DNA from: Centroscyllium fabricii | Lineage: Eukaryota | Length of the DNA: 64,000 nucleotides | NCBI GenBank assembly: GCA_051313645.2 | Contig: JBNRSN020000056.1 | Coordinates: 3,782,001-3,846,000, forward strand | Reading direction: 5' to 3' | In this document: piece after piece, positions 47,665 to 60,141 of the stretch | Layout: each line of letters starts with the position of its first letter | How positions within the stretch are numbered: position 1 is the stretch's first letter | Notes under the pieces: model-generated | What the model was told of the DNA's origin: nothing | Database searches by the model: none | Seen by the model: the letters and a program-made list of their open reading frames with translations, nothing else | Program-made: the position numbers and the translations under genes

Positions 47665-48430
47665 CAAGAAGTCACACAACACCAGGTTATAGTCCAACAG
47701 TTTTATTTTAAATCACAAGCTTTCGGAGCGTCTGCCCCTTCGTCAGGTGAAGTGTCGAGATTCATTTAAATATAGCATATTTAGAGAGAGAGAACAATGT
47801 GGTCTCTCTCTCTCGATATATGCTATGCCAATCGCCAGGCAGGAGTGTTCCCTCCCAGTCGGGGAACATTTCAGCAGTCAAGGACATTCAGCTTCCGATC
47901 TTCGGGTAAGCATTCTCCAAGGTGGCCTTCGAGACACACGACAACGCAAAATCGTCGAGCAGAGGCTGATAGCCAAGTTCCACACCCATGAGCATGGCCT
48001 CAACCGTGATATTGGATTTATGTCGCGCTACATGTGACCCCGCCTGACGTAGAGTCATCCAGACTCGAACCATCTTTGGCTTGCTCTGCGATTTTCAGTA
48101 AGAAAAATACTTGTTTTTAAAAATCATTCTGTGGGATTTTCAAGGACAGCAGACTGTAACGTTTGACCCTTTGTGACTGCACCCTTTGATCTCAGGCTGA
48201 CTGATATGTTAGAACACCTTTGATTGCTTTGATGTCCCTCAGCTGAGGTGTGATGTGAAACAGTTGGAGAGACCACATTGTTCTCTCTCTCTCTATATAT
48301 GCTATGTTTAAATGAATCTCGATACTTCACCTGAGGAAGGAGCAGCGTTCCGAAAGCTTGTGATTTCAAATAAAGCTGTTGGACTATAACCTGGTGTTGT
48401 GTGACTTCTTGCATTTGTCCACCCCAGTCC
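47665..48430. mobile_element. Penelope-like composite: inverted pseudo-LTR pair around a GIY-YIG fragment
   Basis: 47668-47806 and 48268-48410 are inverted copies; PVGEHFSSQGHSASDLRVSILQ...EQRLIAKFHTHEHGLNRD; three hammerhead-like cores. Confidence 0.85.
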
Positions 48431-48937
48431 ATCATTAAGAAGTACAACTAATATATCACTATATTTCACAAAAAATGTTTTGTGATCATAGGAACATAGG
48501 AGGCCATTCAGCCACTCGAGCCTGTTCCACCATTCAATGGGATCATGTCTAATCTGCGACCTAACTCCATGTACCCACCCTTGCCCCGTATCCTTTAATA
48601 CCTTTGGTTAACAAAAATCTACCAATCTCACATTTCAAATTAACAATTGATCTAGCATCAATTACCATTTCCTTGGAGCAGAGAAGGCTGAGGGGGGACC
48701 TAATTGAGGTGCACAAAATTATGAGTGGCATAGATAGGGTAGATAGAAAGGAACTTTTTCCCTTGGTAGAGGGGTCAATAACAAGGGGGCATAGTTTCAA
48801 GGTAAGTGCCAGGAGGTTTAGAGGGGATTTGAGGAAGAACTTTTTCACCCAGAGGGTGGTTGGAATCTGGAACTCACTGCCTGAAAGGGTGGTGGAGGCA
48901 GGAACCCTCACAACATTCAAGATGCATTTAGATGAGC

Positions 48938-49590
48938 ACCCCCATCTTCATCCAAGGGGCTGAGGTGGAAAGGGTGTCCAGCTTCAAGTTCCTCGGGGTC
49001 CACATCTCGGAAGACCTCTCCTGGTCACTAAACACCTCCTCTCTGATAAAGAAGGCCCAACAGCGCCTGTACTTCCTAAGGAAGCTGAAAAAGGCAAAGC
49101 TGACATCCGGCATCCTCACCAACTTCTAGCGCTGCACAATCGAAAGCATACGGACAAGCTGCATCACAGTCTGGTATGGAAACTGCACCATCTCGGACCG
49201 GAAGGCCCTGCAGCGGGTAGTCAAAACTGCCCAACGAATCACCGGCACCCAGCTACCATCAATTGAAAGCACCTACCTCAAACGCTGCCTACGGAGGTCT
49301 CAGAACATTATTAAAGACCCCACACACCCCAGCCATAGTGTGTTCGCCCCCCTGCCCTCCGGGAGACGCTACAGATCAATTCGCACCCGCACGACCAGAT
49401 TCAAGAACAGCTTCTTCCCCAGGGCTGTCAGCCTCCTGAACTCTAACAAAAAACTCCGGTACCTGCACACCTGAAATGTACTTTATTGTATGCAACTTAT
49501 TTGCACTACTCTCGGGAGCGGTGAGTCTTCGTTTCGTTGTATTGTACTAGTACACTGCAATGACAATAAAATTGAATTGAATTGAATTGA
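48938..49590 (+). mobile_element. Rex1/Babar LINE 3' fragment nested in CR1 (48668-49715)
   Basis: VERVSSFKFLGVHISEDLSWS...KAQQRLYFLRKLKK; tail AATAAAA(TTGAA)n. Confidence 0.88.
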
Positions 49591-50394
49591 AATGCCATAG
49601 CATACAAGGCTATGGACCAAATGCTGGAAAATGGGATTAGAATAGACAGGGCTTGATGGCCGGTGCGGACACGATGGGCCGAAGGGCCTCTTTCTGTGAT
49701 GTATAACTCTTGTGACTAAGAGAGTTCTAAACTTCTCCCACCCTTTGTGTGTAGAAGTGTTTCCTAATTTCACTCCTGAAAGGTCTAGCTCTAATTGTTA
49801 GACTCTGCACCCTAGTCCTAGAATCGCCAACCAGCGGAAATAATTTCTATCGACCCTATGGGCTCCCCTTAATATCCTGAAAACTTTGATCAGATCACCC
49901 CTCAACCTTCTAAATTGCAGGAAATACAACCCTAATTTGTGTAATCGCTCCTCATAATTTAACCTTTGGCGTCCAGGTATCATTCTGATCACCATTAGAC
50001 AAATGTACGTTGGCTGACAATTTGTTAAATGTTGCGGAAGTCCGCAATGAAAAGTAGTAGCAAGTTACACAGGACCGCAAAGAAAAAGATTTTATTACAC
50101 CGTGCCCTATAGTTAAGTTTTGAATATTCATTAACCAGGTTCCCTTCTTAGTTCTACAACTTACAGACTAGATCATAGGTTTCCTTCCCATCTTCGCTAA
50201 GTTGCCTCATCTCGTTTGGGTCATCAACATTGTCTCAGTGCTCGTCGGTACTATGGGGGGGGGGGGGGTGGGGGGGGGGAGGAAATTAGCCAGAGTTCCT
50301 GATCGCTGTGCAACAGCCCCTGTTGAAAAGTGCGTGAGTGGATTCCAAGTCAGGACAGCGTGGTGCTTAGCTGCGATGCCGTACTTTTACCATC

Positions 50395-50986
50395 CTGCTG
50401 CAGTTGTACAGGGCCTTGGTGAGACCACACCTCGAGTATTGTGTGCAGTTTTGGTCGCCTTATCTGAGGAAGGATGTTCTTGCCATGGAGGGAGTGCAGC
50501 GAAGATTCACCAGGCTGATACCTGGGATGGCAGGAATGACGTATGAGGAGAGATTGGGTCGATTGGGCTTGTATTCGCTGGAGTTTAGAATAGGGAATCT
50601 CATCGAAACTTACAAAATTATAACAGGACTGGACAAACTAGATGCAGGAGGGATGTTCCCGATGGCCGGGGAGTCCAGAACCAGGGGTCACAGTCCAAAG
50701 ATAAGGGGTAAGCCATTTAGGACAGAGATGAGGAGGAATTTCTTCACCCAGAGAGTGGTGAACCTGTGGAATTCTCTACCACAGAAGGCAGTTGAGGCCA
50801 ATTCATTAAATATATTCAAGAAGGAGTTAGATATATTTCTTAAGGCTAAAGGGATCAAGGGATATGGGGAGAAGGCAGGGACAAGGTACTGAATTTGGAT
50901 GATCAGCCATGATCTCATTAAATGGCAGGGCAGGCTCGAGGGGCTGAATGGCCAATTCCTGCTCCTATCTTCTATGTTTCTATGTT
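50395..50986 (+). mobile_element. CR1 LINE 3' fragment
   Basis: ORF2 C-terminus plus tail. Confidence 0.9.
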
Positions 50987-51017
50987 TCCCCCAGCCGAAT
51001 AGTCTGACCACACTCAC

Positions 51018-51147
51018 TGTCTGGGCTCACACAGCTCCTTGTGCGAGCTATCAAAGCACAGTTAGTGCCTGTACACTTGCACGAGTCGGCATCTTTGAGA
51101 GGGGAGAAGAATCCTGGAGACATCGTCTACTTCAGCGCCAGTATTAG
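51018..51147 (-). CDS. Candidate first coding exon of the minus-strand gene (MSPGFFSPLKDADSCKCTGTNCALIARTRSCVSPD)
   Basis: Acceptor CCCACGTTGTAG|, ATG at 51123 with A at -3, donor |GTGAGT in phase 1 matching both 63-nt exons. Confidence 0.4.
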
Positions 51148-51729
51148 CTACAACGTGGGAACACAAGACAATCGACAACGCATCGCATCACAAGTGATAG
51201 CTTTCCATTTCTTTCTTCGTGTTGCCCAAGAACTCCCAACACTCAACAATAAATGAAGGTTAATGAGTACAGTAGCCTTTTTTTTTGAAACTTGGAAATT
51301 ATTGGCTGTGAATAAGGACCATAATTCTGAGTTGATTAAAACTCCCGTTCTTCATCCATATCGATCCATTTGATATCAATTAGTCCCTACTCAGCCAATA
51401 CTTGCCCACTTTTACAAAACTTTCTATGAGGAGAAACTCATTTCAACAGTAACTCTACTACCGAGAAGGACAATAGCAGCACGGTCATCGTAACACCAGA
51501 AAGTCGGACTTCCCATCAGAGGCTTGACGGTGCACAACGGATCGCTGATCCTTCATCGTCAGCCGTGGCTCAGTGGGCAGCACTCTCTCCCTTGCCTCTG
51601 AGTCAGAAGGTTGCGGGTTCGAGTTCCGCTCCAGAGACTTGAGCACAAAAATCTAGGCTGACGCTCCCAGTGCCAGTGCTGAGGGAGTGCTACACTGTCG
51701 GAGGTGCCGTCTTTCGGATGAGACGTTGA

Positions 51730-52752
51730 ATGAGGAAGCAGGAGAGGTACTATAACTCTCTCACGATCGATGGAACCCCAGTAGAGAGGGTGAGTAATTT
51801 CAGATACCTCGTGGTCCACCTTTCTGACGACCTGACATGGTCCCTTCATATAGACACCTTGGTGAAGAAGGCGTGGCAGCGTCTTTACCATCTCAGAAGC
51901 CTGAGGAAATTTAGAATGTCCCCCCAAATACTAAACAACTTTTATAAATGTACTATTGAGAGTATCCTGTCAGGGAGCATCACCGCCTGGTATGGCAACA
52001 GCATTAAACAAGACCGTAGGGCCCTGCAGAGGGTAGTACGGTCGGCAGAACGTACCACCGGGGGTGCACTCCCTAACCTATTAATAATAATAATAATTCA
52101 ACTTTATTGTCATTATACAATGTACAAGTACATGAACAACGAAATGTGATCTTGCAAGCTCCCAAGAGTCCAGCAAAGCCGCTGCGTCTGTGCGCGCCGC
52201 CATTCCATCTTTCCATCATTCCGACAATCTTCAGCCAACCGCCCCTCCCCGGGGCTCCTTTCGTGACCTTCTGCACCTGGCATTCCCTGGTGGTCGCCCC
52301 TCCAAGTACTAACCAGGCCTGGCTCTGCTTAGCTTCCAAGCCTTGCCAGTGGCCCTGTCCCTAGTCCCAGGAACAGGGTTTCTGCAGGATATCTACACCA
52401 GGCGGTGCATGACTAAGGCTAAGAAGTTCATTAAGGATCCTAGTCACCCGAACAACGGCCTCTTCTCACTGCTGCGGTCAGGAAAACGCTACCGCAGCAT
52501 TAAGACCAACACAGAGAGGCTTAGGAGGAGCTTTTATCCCCAAGCCATCCGGATCCTAAATGAAGACGCTGCCAAGGGTCGGTATACTGCTCCCTGACGA
52601 TTGAATGCCTTTTCTTCTTATAATTGCTAATTTATTATTTGTATTTATTGTTATCCGGAGAGCACAGACATGGAGCTTGCGACTAAGCATTTCACTGCAC
52701 TTTGTACATGTACAATGATGTATGTGACAAATAAAGTAAACTTGAAACTTGA
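51730..52752 (+). mobile_element. Rex1/Babar LINE fragment inside a DeuSINE and containing a 5S-SINE
   Basis: KKAWQRLYHLRSLRKF...IESILSGSITAWYG...DPSHPNNGLFSLLRSGKRYRS; DeuSINE resumes AAACCGAGGCCCC. Confidence 0.88.
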
Positions 52753-53127
52753 AACCGAGGCCCCCGTCTTCTCTCTCGGGTGGATGTAAAAGATTCCCAC
52801 AGCCACTATTGCGACGAGGAGCAGGGGGGAGTTCTCCCCGGTGTCCTGGGGCCAATATGTATCCCTCAATTCAACATCACTAAAACAGATGATCTGGTCA
52901 TTATTACACTGCTGTCTGTGGGAGCTTGCTGTGCGCAAATTGCTGCGTTTCCCACATTACAACAGTGACTACACTTCAAAAAAAAGTACTTAATTGGCTG
53001 TAAAGCGCTTTGGGACGCCCAATAGTCGTGAAAGGTGCTGTAGAAATGCAGGTCTCGATTTCCTTTTTCTTTATTGGGTCAAAATCCTGGAATTCCCGAC
53101 AGAGCACCATCACTAGATGTAATATCT

Positions 53128-54060
53128 CTTAAGTTTGCAGACGACACAAAGCTGGGTGGGTGTGTGTGCTGCGAGGAGGATGCCGACAAACTCCAGGATG
53201 ATTTGGACAGGTTGGGTGATTGGGCAGAAGCGTGGCAGATGCACTATAATGTGGATAAATGTGAGGTTATCCACTTCGGTGACAAAAACAGGAAGGCAGA
53301 TTATTATCTGAATGGCAATAGATTGGGAGAAGGGGAAGTGGAAAGAGACCTGGGTGTCCTTATGCACCAGTCGCTGAAGGTAAGCATGCAAGTGCAGCAG
53401 GCGGTTAAGAAGTCAAATGGTACGTTGGCCTTCGTAGCGAAAGGATTCGAGTACAGGAGCAAGGATGTCTTGCTGCAGTTGTACAGGGCCTTGGTGAGAC
53501 CGCACCTTGAGTATTGTGTGCAGTTTTGGTCGCCTTATCTGAGGAAGGATGTTCTTGCCATGGAAGGAGTTCAGCGAAGATTCACCAGACTGATACCTGG
53601 GATGGCAGGAATGACGAATGAGGAGAGATTGGGTCAATTGGGCTTTTACTCGCTGGAGTTTGGAAGAATGAGAGGGGATCTCATTGAAACTTATAAAATT
53701 CTAACAGGACTGGACAGACTAGATGCAGGAATGATGTTCCCGATGGTCGGGGAGTCCAGAACCAGGGGTGACAGTCTAAGGATAAGGGGTGAGCCATTTA
53801 GGACAGAGATGAGGAGGAATTTCTTCACCCAGAGAGTGGTGAACCTGTGGAATTCTCTACCACAGAGGGCGGTGGAGGTCAATTCATTAAATATATTCAA
53901 GGAGTTAGATATATTTCTTAAGACTAAAGGGATCAAGGGATATGGGGAGAGGGCAGGGACAGGGTACTGAATTTGGATGATCAGCCATGATCTCATTGAA
54001 TGGCGGAGCAGGCTCGAGGGGCCGAATGGCAGACTCCTGCTCCTATCTTTTATGTTTCTA
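53128..54060 (+). mobile_element. CR1 LINE 3' fragment
   Basis: KFADDTKLGG through the ORF2 end, plus tail. Confidence 0.93.
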
Positions 54061-54954
54061 TCACCACGGGAACTGCAGTCCAAGGAGCAGATTCACCGTC
54101 ACTTGCTGCATCGCAAAGGTTTTTATTTTAATGTCATTTATCGGAACATCTGGCGAGGAGGGAAACATCACTGCATCCGCGGTGAAAGTCACCAAGGCCC
54201 AGCTTCGATCCTCGATCTGTGCCAAGCCAACTGATCTTATCTGGGACAGCAATGGGAGCAGCTTTTAAGTTGAGAGCGAGGAGGGGAATTTAGCAATGGT
54301 TCCCATTCCGAGCCGGCCAAGGGCAGAGTCAGGCTCGGCTTCCGATTCTCCCTTCCTCCCCCACCAATCAATCAATCAATTAGCTTGCCAACACTCACCA
54401 CCAAGGCTCACTCATGTAGGATGGCAGCTTGACTTAGGCACCAGAAAGTGGTTGGCACATGTGGAACTGTATCCTAGAATCGGCAACTTCAGGGAGAGTA
54501 ACAGAAACAGAAAGACACTTATCAAGGCCAGACCTCCGATTATCACCTTAAAATTAAACCACTCAAAAGAGAGGAATTATTTTTGCATAAATATTCTGAC
54601 AAGTTAAAACACCAGTTTCTAGTTAAAAGATTGCAGCTAAAATGATTGGTGTCAACGAATGGAATTAGTAATCACAGGGGGGGAGGGGGGGGGGGGAAAT
54701 TAAAAATCCACAGGCAAATTTCAGAAAAATCATCTCGTCAGCAAGTAGACGTGAAAATCAAGAAACATTATTATGGGGACAGACCACACTAGATAGATAT
54801 GGCTGAGGAAGGCCATTCAGCCCATCCATCCAGAAAGACCCTAGAGTCACCCATCATGGCATCCAACCCTTTTAAGTTACACGGCAGCTGAACAAAGTCC
54901 TGGTTAGACCACACCTGGAGTACTGGCAGCAATTCTGATAACCGCACCTTAGGA

Positions 54955-55295
54955 CGGACATATACACACGCATACACACACACATATACACATGCATATC
55001 CGCACATGCATGCGCATACCCACACGCATGCATACGCATAGCCACACGCACACCCAGACATACACACACACATACACTCGTACACACGCATACCCAGACA
55101 TATATACACATGCATACCCACACATATACACACACACACACTTACATGCGCATGCATATTTACACATATGCACACATTTACATGCATACCAACACATATA
55201 TACACACGCATACCCACATACACACGCATACCCACACGCATGAACACATACACTCGTGCGCACACACACACGCGCGCACACACACACGCACACAC
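54955..55295. repeat. Degenerate (CA)/(TA) purine-pyrimidine microsatellite
   Basis: Directly visible. Confidence 0.9.
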
Positions 55296-57715
55296 GGAGT
55301 ACTGTGTGCAGTTCTGGTCGCCGCACTATAGGAAGGATGTGATTGCTTTGGAGAGGGTGCAGAGGAGATTCACCAGGATGTTACCTGGGCTGGAGTGCTT
55401 CAGCTATGAAGAGAGACTGGACAGGCTGGGGTTGTTTTCCTTGGAACAGAGAAGGCTGAGGGGGGACCTGATTGAGGTGTACAAAATTATGAGGGGCATA
55501 TATAGGGTAGATAGAAAGGAACTTTTCCCCTTAGTAGAGGGGTCAATAACCAGGGGGCATAGTTTCAAGGTAAGGGGCAGGAGGTTTAGAGGAAGAACTT
55601 TTTCACCCAGAGGGTGGTTGGAATCTGGAACTCGCTGCCTGGAAGGGTGGTAGAGGCAGGAACCCTCACCACATTCAAGAAGCATTTAGATAGAAGCATA
55701 GAAGATAGGAGCAGGAGTCGGCCATTCGGCCCTTCGAGCCTGCTCCGCCATTCAATTAGATCATGACTGATCTTTCAGATTCAGTACCCTGTCCCTGCCT
55801 TCTCCCCATATCCCTTGATCCCTTCAGCCTGAAGAAATATATTCAACTCCTTCTTGAATATATTTAATGAACCAGCCTTCACCGCCCTCTGTGGCAGAGA
55901 ATTCCCCAGGTTCACCACTCTCTGGGTGAAGAAACTGCCCCTCATCTCAGTCCTAAATGGCTTTCCCCTTATCCTTCAACTGTGACCTCTGGTTCTGGAC
56001 TCCCCTTTCATCGGAAACATCCTTCCTGCATCCAGTCTGTCCAGGCCTGACAGAATTTTATAGGTTTCGATGAGATCCCCTCTCAATCATGTGAACTCCA
56101 GTGAGTACAAGCCCAATCGACTCAATCTCTCCCCATACGTCATTCCTGCCATCCCAGGTATCAGCCTGGTGAATCTTCACTGAACTCCTTCAATGGCAAG
56201 AACGTCCTTCCTCAGATGAGGCGACCAAAACTGCACACAATACTCGAGGTGCGGTCTCACCAAGGTCCTCTAGAGCTGCAGAAAGACATCCTTGTTCTTA
56301 TATTCGAACCCTCTTGCTACGAAGGCCAACATACCAATTGCCTTCTTAACCGCCTGTTGCACCTGCATGCTTACCTTCAGTGACTGGTGCACAAGAACAC
56401 CCAGGTCTCTTTGCACTTCCCCATCTCCCAATCTATTGCCATTCAAATAATAATCTGCCTTCCTGTTTTTGCCACCAAAGTGGATAACCTCACATTTATC
56501 CACATTGTAGTGCATTTGCCATGTATCTGCCCAATCCCCCAACCTGTCCAAATTGCATTAGAGTTTCTCGACATCCTCCGCACAGCAGCACGGTGGCACA
56601 GTGGTTAGCACTGCTGTCTCACAGCACTGGAGACCCGGGTTCAAATCCAGCCTCGGGTACTATCTGTGTGGAGTTTGCACATTCTCCCCGTGTCTGCGTG
56701 GGTTTCCTCTGGGTGCTCCGGTTTCCTCCCACAGTCCAAAGATGTACGGGTTAGGTTGATTGGCCAGGATAAATTGACCCTTAGTGTTAGGGCGATTAAA
56801 ATGTGTGGGGTTACGGGGGTGGGGTGGGATATGTATCGGTGCAGGCTCGATGGGGATCGAGGGATATGGGGAGGGGGCAGGGGTGGGGTACTGGGTTTGG
56901 ATGATCAGCCATGATCTCATTGAATGGCGGAGCAGGCTCGAAGGGCTGAATGGCCTACTCCTGCTTCTAGTTTCTATGTTTCATACCCTGCCACCCAGCT
57001 TTGTGTCGTCTACAAATTTGGAGATATTACATCCAATTCCCTCGTCCAGATCATTAATATATATTGTGAACAGCTGGGGTCCTAGGACTGATCCTTGCGG
57101 TACCCCACTAGTCACTGCCTGCCACTCGGAAAACAACTCGTTTATTCCGACTCTCTGTTTTCTATCTGCCAACCAGTTCTCTATCCAAGTCAATACCTTG
57201 CCCCCAATTCCATGAGCCTTATTTTTGCACGCTAATCTCTTATGAGGGACCTTATCGAAAGCTTTAAGGTGAGCACTTGAAACGCCGTAGCATGCAAGGC
57301 TATGGACCAAATGCTGGAAAATGAGATTAGAATAGAGGGTGGCACGGTGGCTAGCACTGTTGCCTCCCAGCGCCAGGGGCACGGTTTCAAATCCGGCCTC
57401 GGGTGACTATCTGTGTGGAGTTTGCACATTCTCCCCGTGTCTGCGTGGGTTTCCTCCGGGCGCTCCGGTTTCCTCCCACAGTCCAAAGATGTGCAGGTTA
57501 GAGTGATTGGCCAGGATAAATTGACCCTTAGTGTTAGGGGGATTGAATATGTGGGGGTTACGGGGATAGGGTGGGATATGTGTCGGTGCAGGCTCGATGG
57601 GCCGAAATGGCCTCTATCTGCACTGTAGGGATTCTATGATTCTATGAATAGACAGGACTTGATGGCCGGCGCGGACGCGATGGGCTGAATGGCCTCTTTC
57701 TGTGCTGACTCTATA
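55296..57715. mobile_element. CR1 (+) interrupted by CR1 (-, 55693-57262) and two HE1 SINEs
   Basis: Minus [11 protein letters not shown]...[10 protein letters not shown]...KFVDDTK; the plus host resumes GAGCACTTGAAACGCC. Confidence 0.85.
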
Positions 57716-58057
57716 TACACACAAGCATACACACATTAATTGACATGCGCGCACATATTCACATATCCCTGTTCCTGGGACTAGCGACAGGGTCACCGGC
57801 AAGGCTTGGAAGCTAAGCAGAGCCAGGCGTGGTTAGTACTTAGATGGGTGACCACCAGGGAATACCAGGTGCAGAAGGTCACAAAAGGAGCCCCGGGGAG
57901 GGGCGGTTGGCTGAAGATTGTCGGAATGATGGAAAAGATGGAATGGCGGCGCGCACAAACGCAGCGGCTTTGCTGGACTCTTTGAGCTTGCAGGATCACA
58001 TTTAGTTGTTCATGTACTTGTACATTTTATAATGACAAAATTGAATTATTATTATTA

Positions 58058-58393
58058 TGTGGCGGATCGCCACGCACCGACCGGTGAATCCGCCGGACTC
58101 TCAGACTGTGGGCACCAGCCCGAGGCGCGCTGCTCCCTCGAGGCCGGTGCCGATGTCATCGTGCACATGCGTGATGACGTCAAGATGTCCCTGCGCATGT
58201 GCACAACGCACCCAATGTGCAAACGCACAGACATCATCACGCACATACGTGATGACGTCAAGACGTTCGCGGGGGTCTTTATATTCAAGCGCAAGGGCGC
58301 GAAACCAGTCTCTCAGCCATGTAAGCGAATAAACAAAGTTGTAATGCTGCTACCCGGTCTCGGAAGTTCTTTCGCCCACCAGCGAACACAACA
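58058..58393 (+). mobile_element. Solo LTR inserted in the (TTA)n tail of a 5S-SINE
   Basis: TGTGG...CAACA termini, TSD ATTA (58054-58057, 58394-58397), TATA-like TTTATAT and AATAAA. Confidence 0.85.
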
Positions 58394-58870
58394 ATTACAT
58401 ATTTACACGCACATATCTCACAGATACAAAGAAACTTAAGATTTCAGTTTATAATATAAACATTTTGGGGGAAAAGAGTGACAGGTGTTCTGGTATCAGA
58501 TCCTGACCACAGCAGAATGACAGAAATATTTAGGAAGTTGATGGGACGGAGAGCCACAGACACAGAGAGGGAAATGTCATGCTTACCTATTTTTCTCTCA
58601 TGTTGCAACTGTGATCAAGTTTCCAAGTTTATGGGGGGGGGGGCGCAAGAAAAATTGCTTCTGAAAAAATAAATTGGGAGACACTGCAACTGAGGTTGGG
58701 GGGTGAGGGTAAAAAGGCAGTTTGTTTTTAGAGCTAAAAAAACTAAATGCACACTTTGTGGTTTTTTGTTGCCAAAATGGATTAGGAATAAAAGATTTGC
58801 AATGTTTTAAAAAAAGGAAGGGATAATAAGCAAAAACAATGATTTTCTTTTTGTCAGCCCAGCCTCTCAC

Positions 58871-59140
58871 CTTGTGTAGTTTCTGGGTTAAACTAGCTCA
58901 GCTCAGCACCTTCATCTCCTTTTTCCAAAAACAAACACAACCAACAACAAGAGCAGCTTTGACCAAATAAAAAAAACTGGAATTGCAACTTATTTTCACA
59001 AACCACAACCCCGGGAAAACCAGCTTTTTTTTTCAAGCTCACAGTCACCAACCAACACATGAGAGAGAGAGAGAGAGAGACAGAGAGAATAATCATTACC
59101 ATCAGGCGAGCGGCGCGGACGGCTAAAAGCTGGAGGGTGT
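58871..59140 (-). other. Candidate first (UTR) exon of the divergent minus-strand gene
   Basis: Donor CAAG|GTGAGA at 58870 just downstream of the CpG promoter on minus. The 5' limit is unknown. Confidence 0.4.
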
Positions 59141-59900
59141 TTTTTTGCGCATGCGCTGTGCTGGGCTGGGAGGGAGGTGCCGAGGCCAAGGACCCCTCCC
59201 CCCCACCAAAAAAAGAGCGCGGTTCGCGCAAGCGCAATGGTCCCTCCCACCTACCCACACCCCGCGTCACTGGCGCCCGCCCAGTTTGACGGTTGCTATG
59301 GCAGCCGGCGAGTGAGTGATTGAGCGAGCGTGAGGCTTGCGTCAAAAGCGGTTCGCGCAGGCGCAATGGTCCCTCCCTCCCTCGTCGCTGACGCCCACCC
59401 AGTTTGACTGTTGGTATGGCAGTCGGAGTGAATGAGCGAGCGTGCGGCTTGCGTCACAAAAGCGAGAGCGTGCGGCTTGCGTCAAAAAAGCAGTTCGCAA
59501 AGGTCCCTCCCTCCCACTCCTCGTCACTATCGCCTGCCCAGTTTGACGGTTGCTATGGCAGCCGGTGAGCGAGCGAGCGAGGGTGCGGCTTGCGTCAAAA
59601 GCAGTTCGCGCAGGCGCAATGGTCCCTCCTTCCCTCCACCCAGCGTCACTCCCGCCCGCCCAGTTTGACGGCTGGGCGAGCGAGCGGTTTGCGCAGGCGC
59701 AATGGTCCCGCCCACCTAGCGTCACTCTCGCCCGCCCAGTTTGAAGGCGCTGCGAGCGCGGATTACGTCAGGAGGCGGTCCGCGCAGGCGCAGTGGTCTC
59801 TCCCTGCCACCCGCCAATCCAGTTGGACGGAAGCCGCTGGGCCGGCGAGTGCGGATTGCGCCAAGGCGACACCAGGCCAGAGAGAGAGATTCGCATCCAC
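59140..59900. promoter_or_regulatory. CpG-island promoter, probably bidirectional, built from ~120-bp tandem modules
   Basis: Repeated GCGCAGGCGCA (NRF1-like), GTTGCTATGGCAGC (RFX X-box-like), TGCGTCA/CGTCA (CRE-like) and CGCCC boxes directly upstream of the HOOK2 ATG. Confidence 0.75.
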
Positions 59901-59945
59901 AAGAAGCTGGCGTCGTCGCGTCCTGGGGTTTTCACAAAGCAGAGG

Positions 59946-59990
59946 ATGAGTTTGGATAAAGCCGAGCTCTGCCAGAGTCTGTTACTATGG
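59946..59990 (+). CDS. HOOK2: Hook microtubule-tethering protein 2, first coding exon (MSLDKAELCQSLLLW)
   Basis: Peptide matches the recalled mammalian HOOK2 N-terminus MSVDKAELCGSLLTW; A at -3; phase-0 donor |GTGAGG after the Trp codon. Later exons not seen in the window. Confidence 0.85.
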
Positions 59991-60141
59991 GTGAGGATTT
60001 TATATATAAACACTTACCCTGCTTATTTAACTCTTTCCTCCCTCCTCTCTCTCGAGCAGTTGTTTGCAGGTTGGTTTTCAGGTGTTGGGCAGAAGGTGGA
60101 CAACTTCCAGCAAGCTGCATCTGCAGGAGGCTCCTGGCGGC

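Noticed and set aside
54789-55331. Cys/Val- or His/Thr-rich ORFs
   Set aside because: Translations of a CA-type microsatellite.
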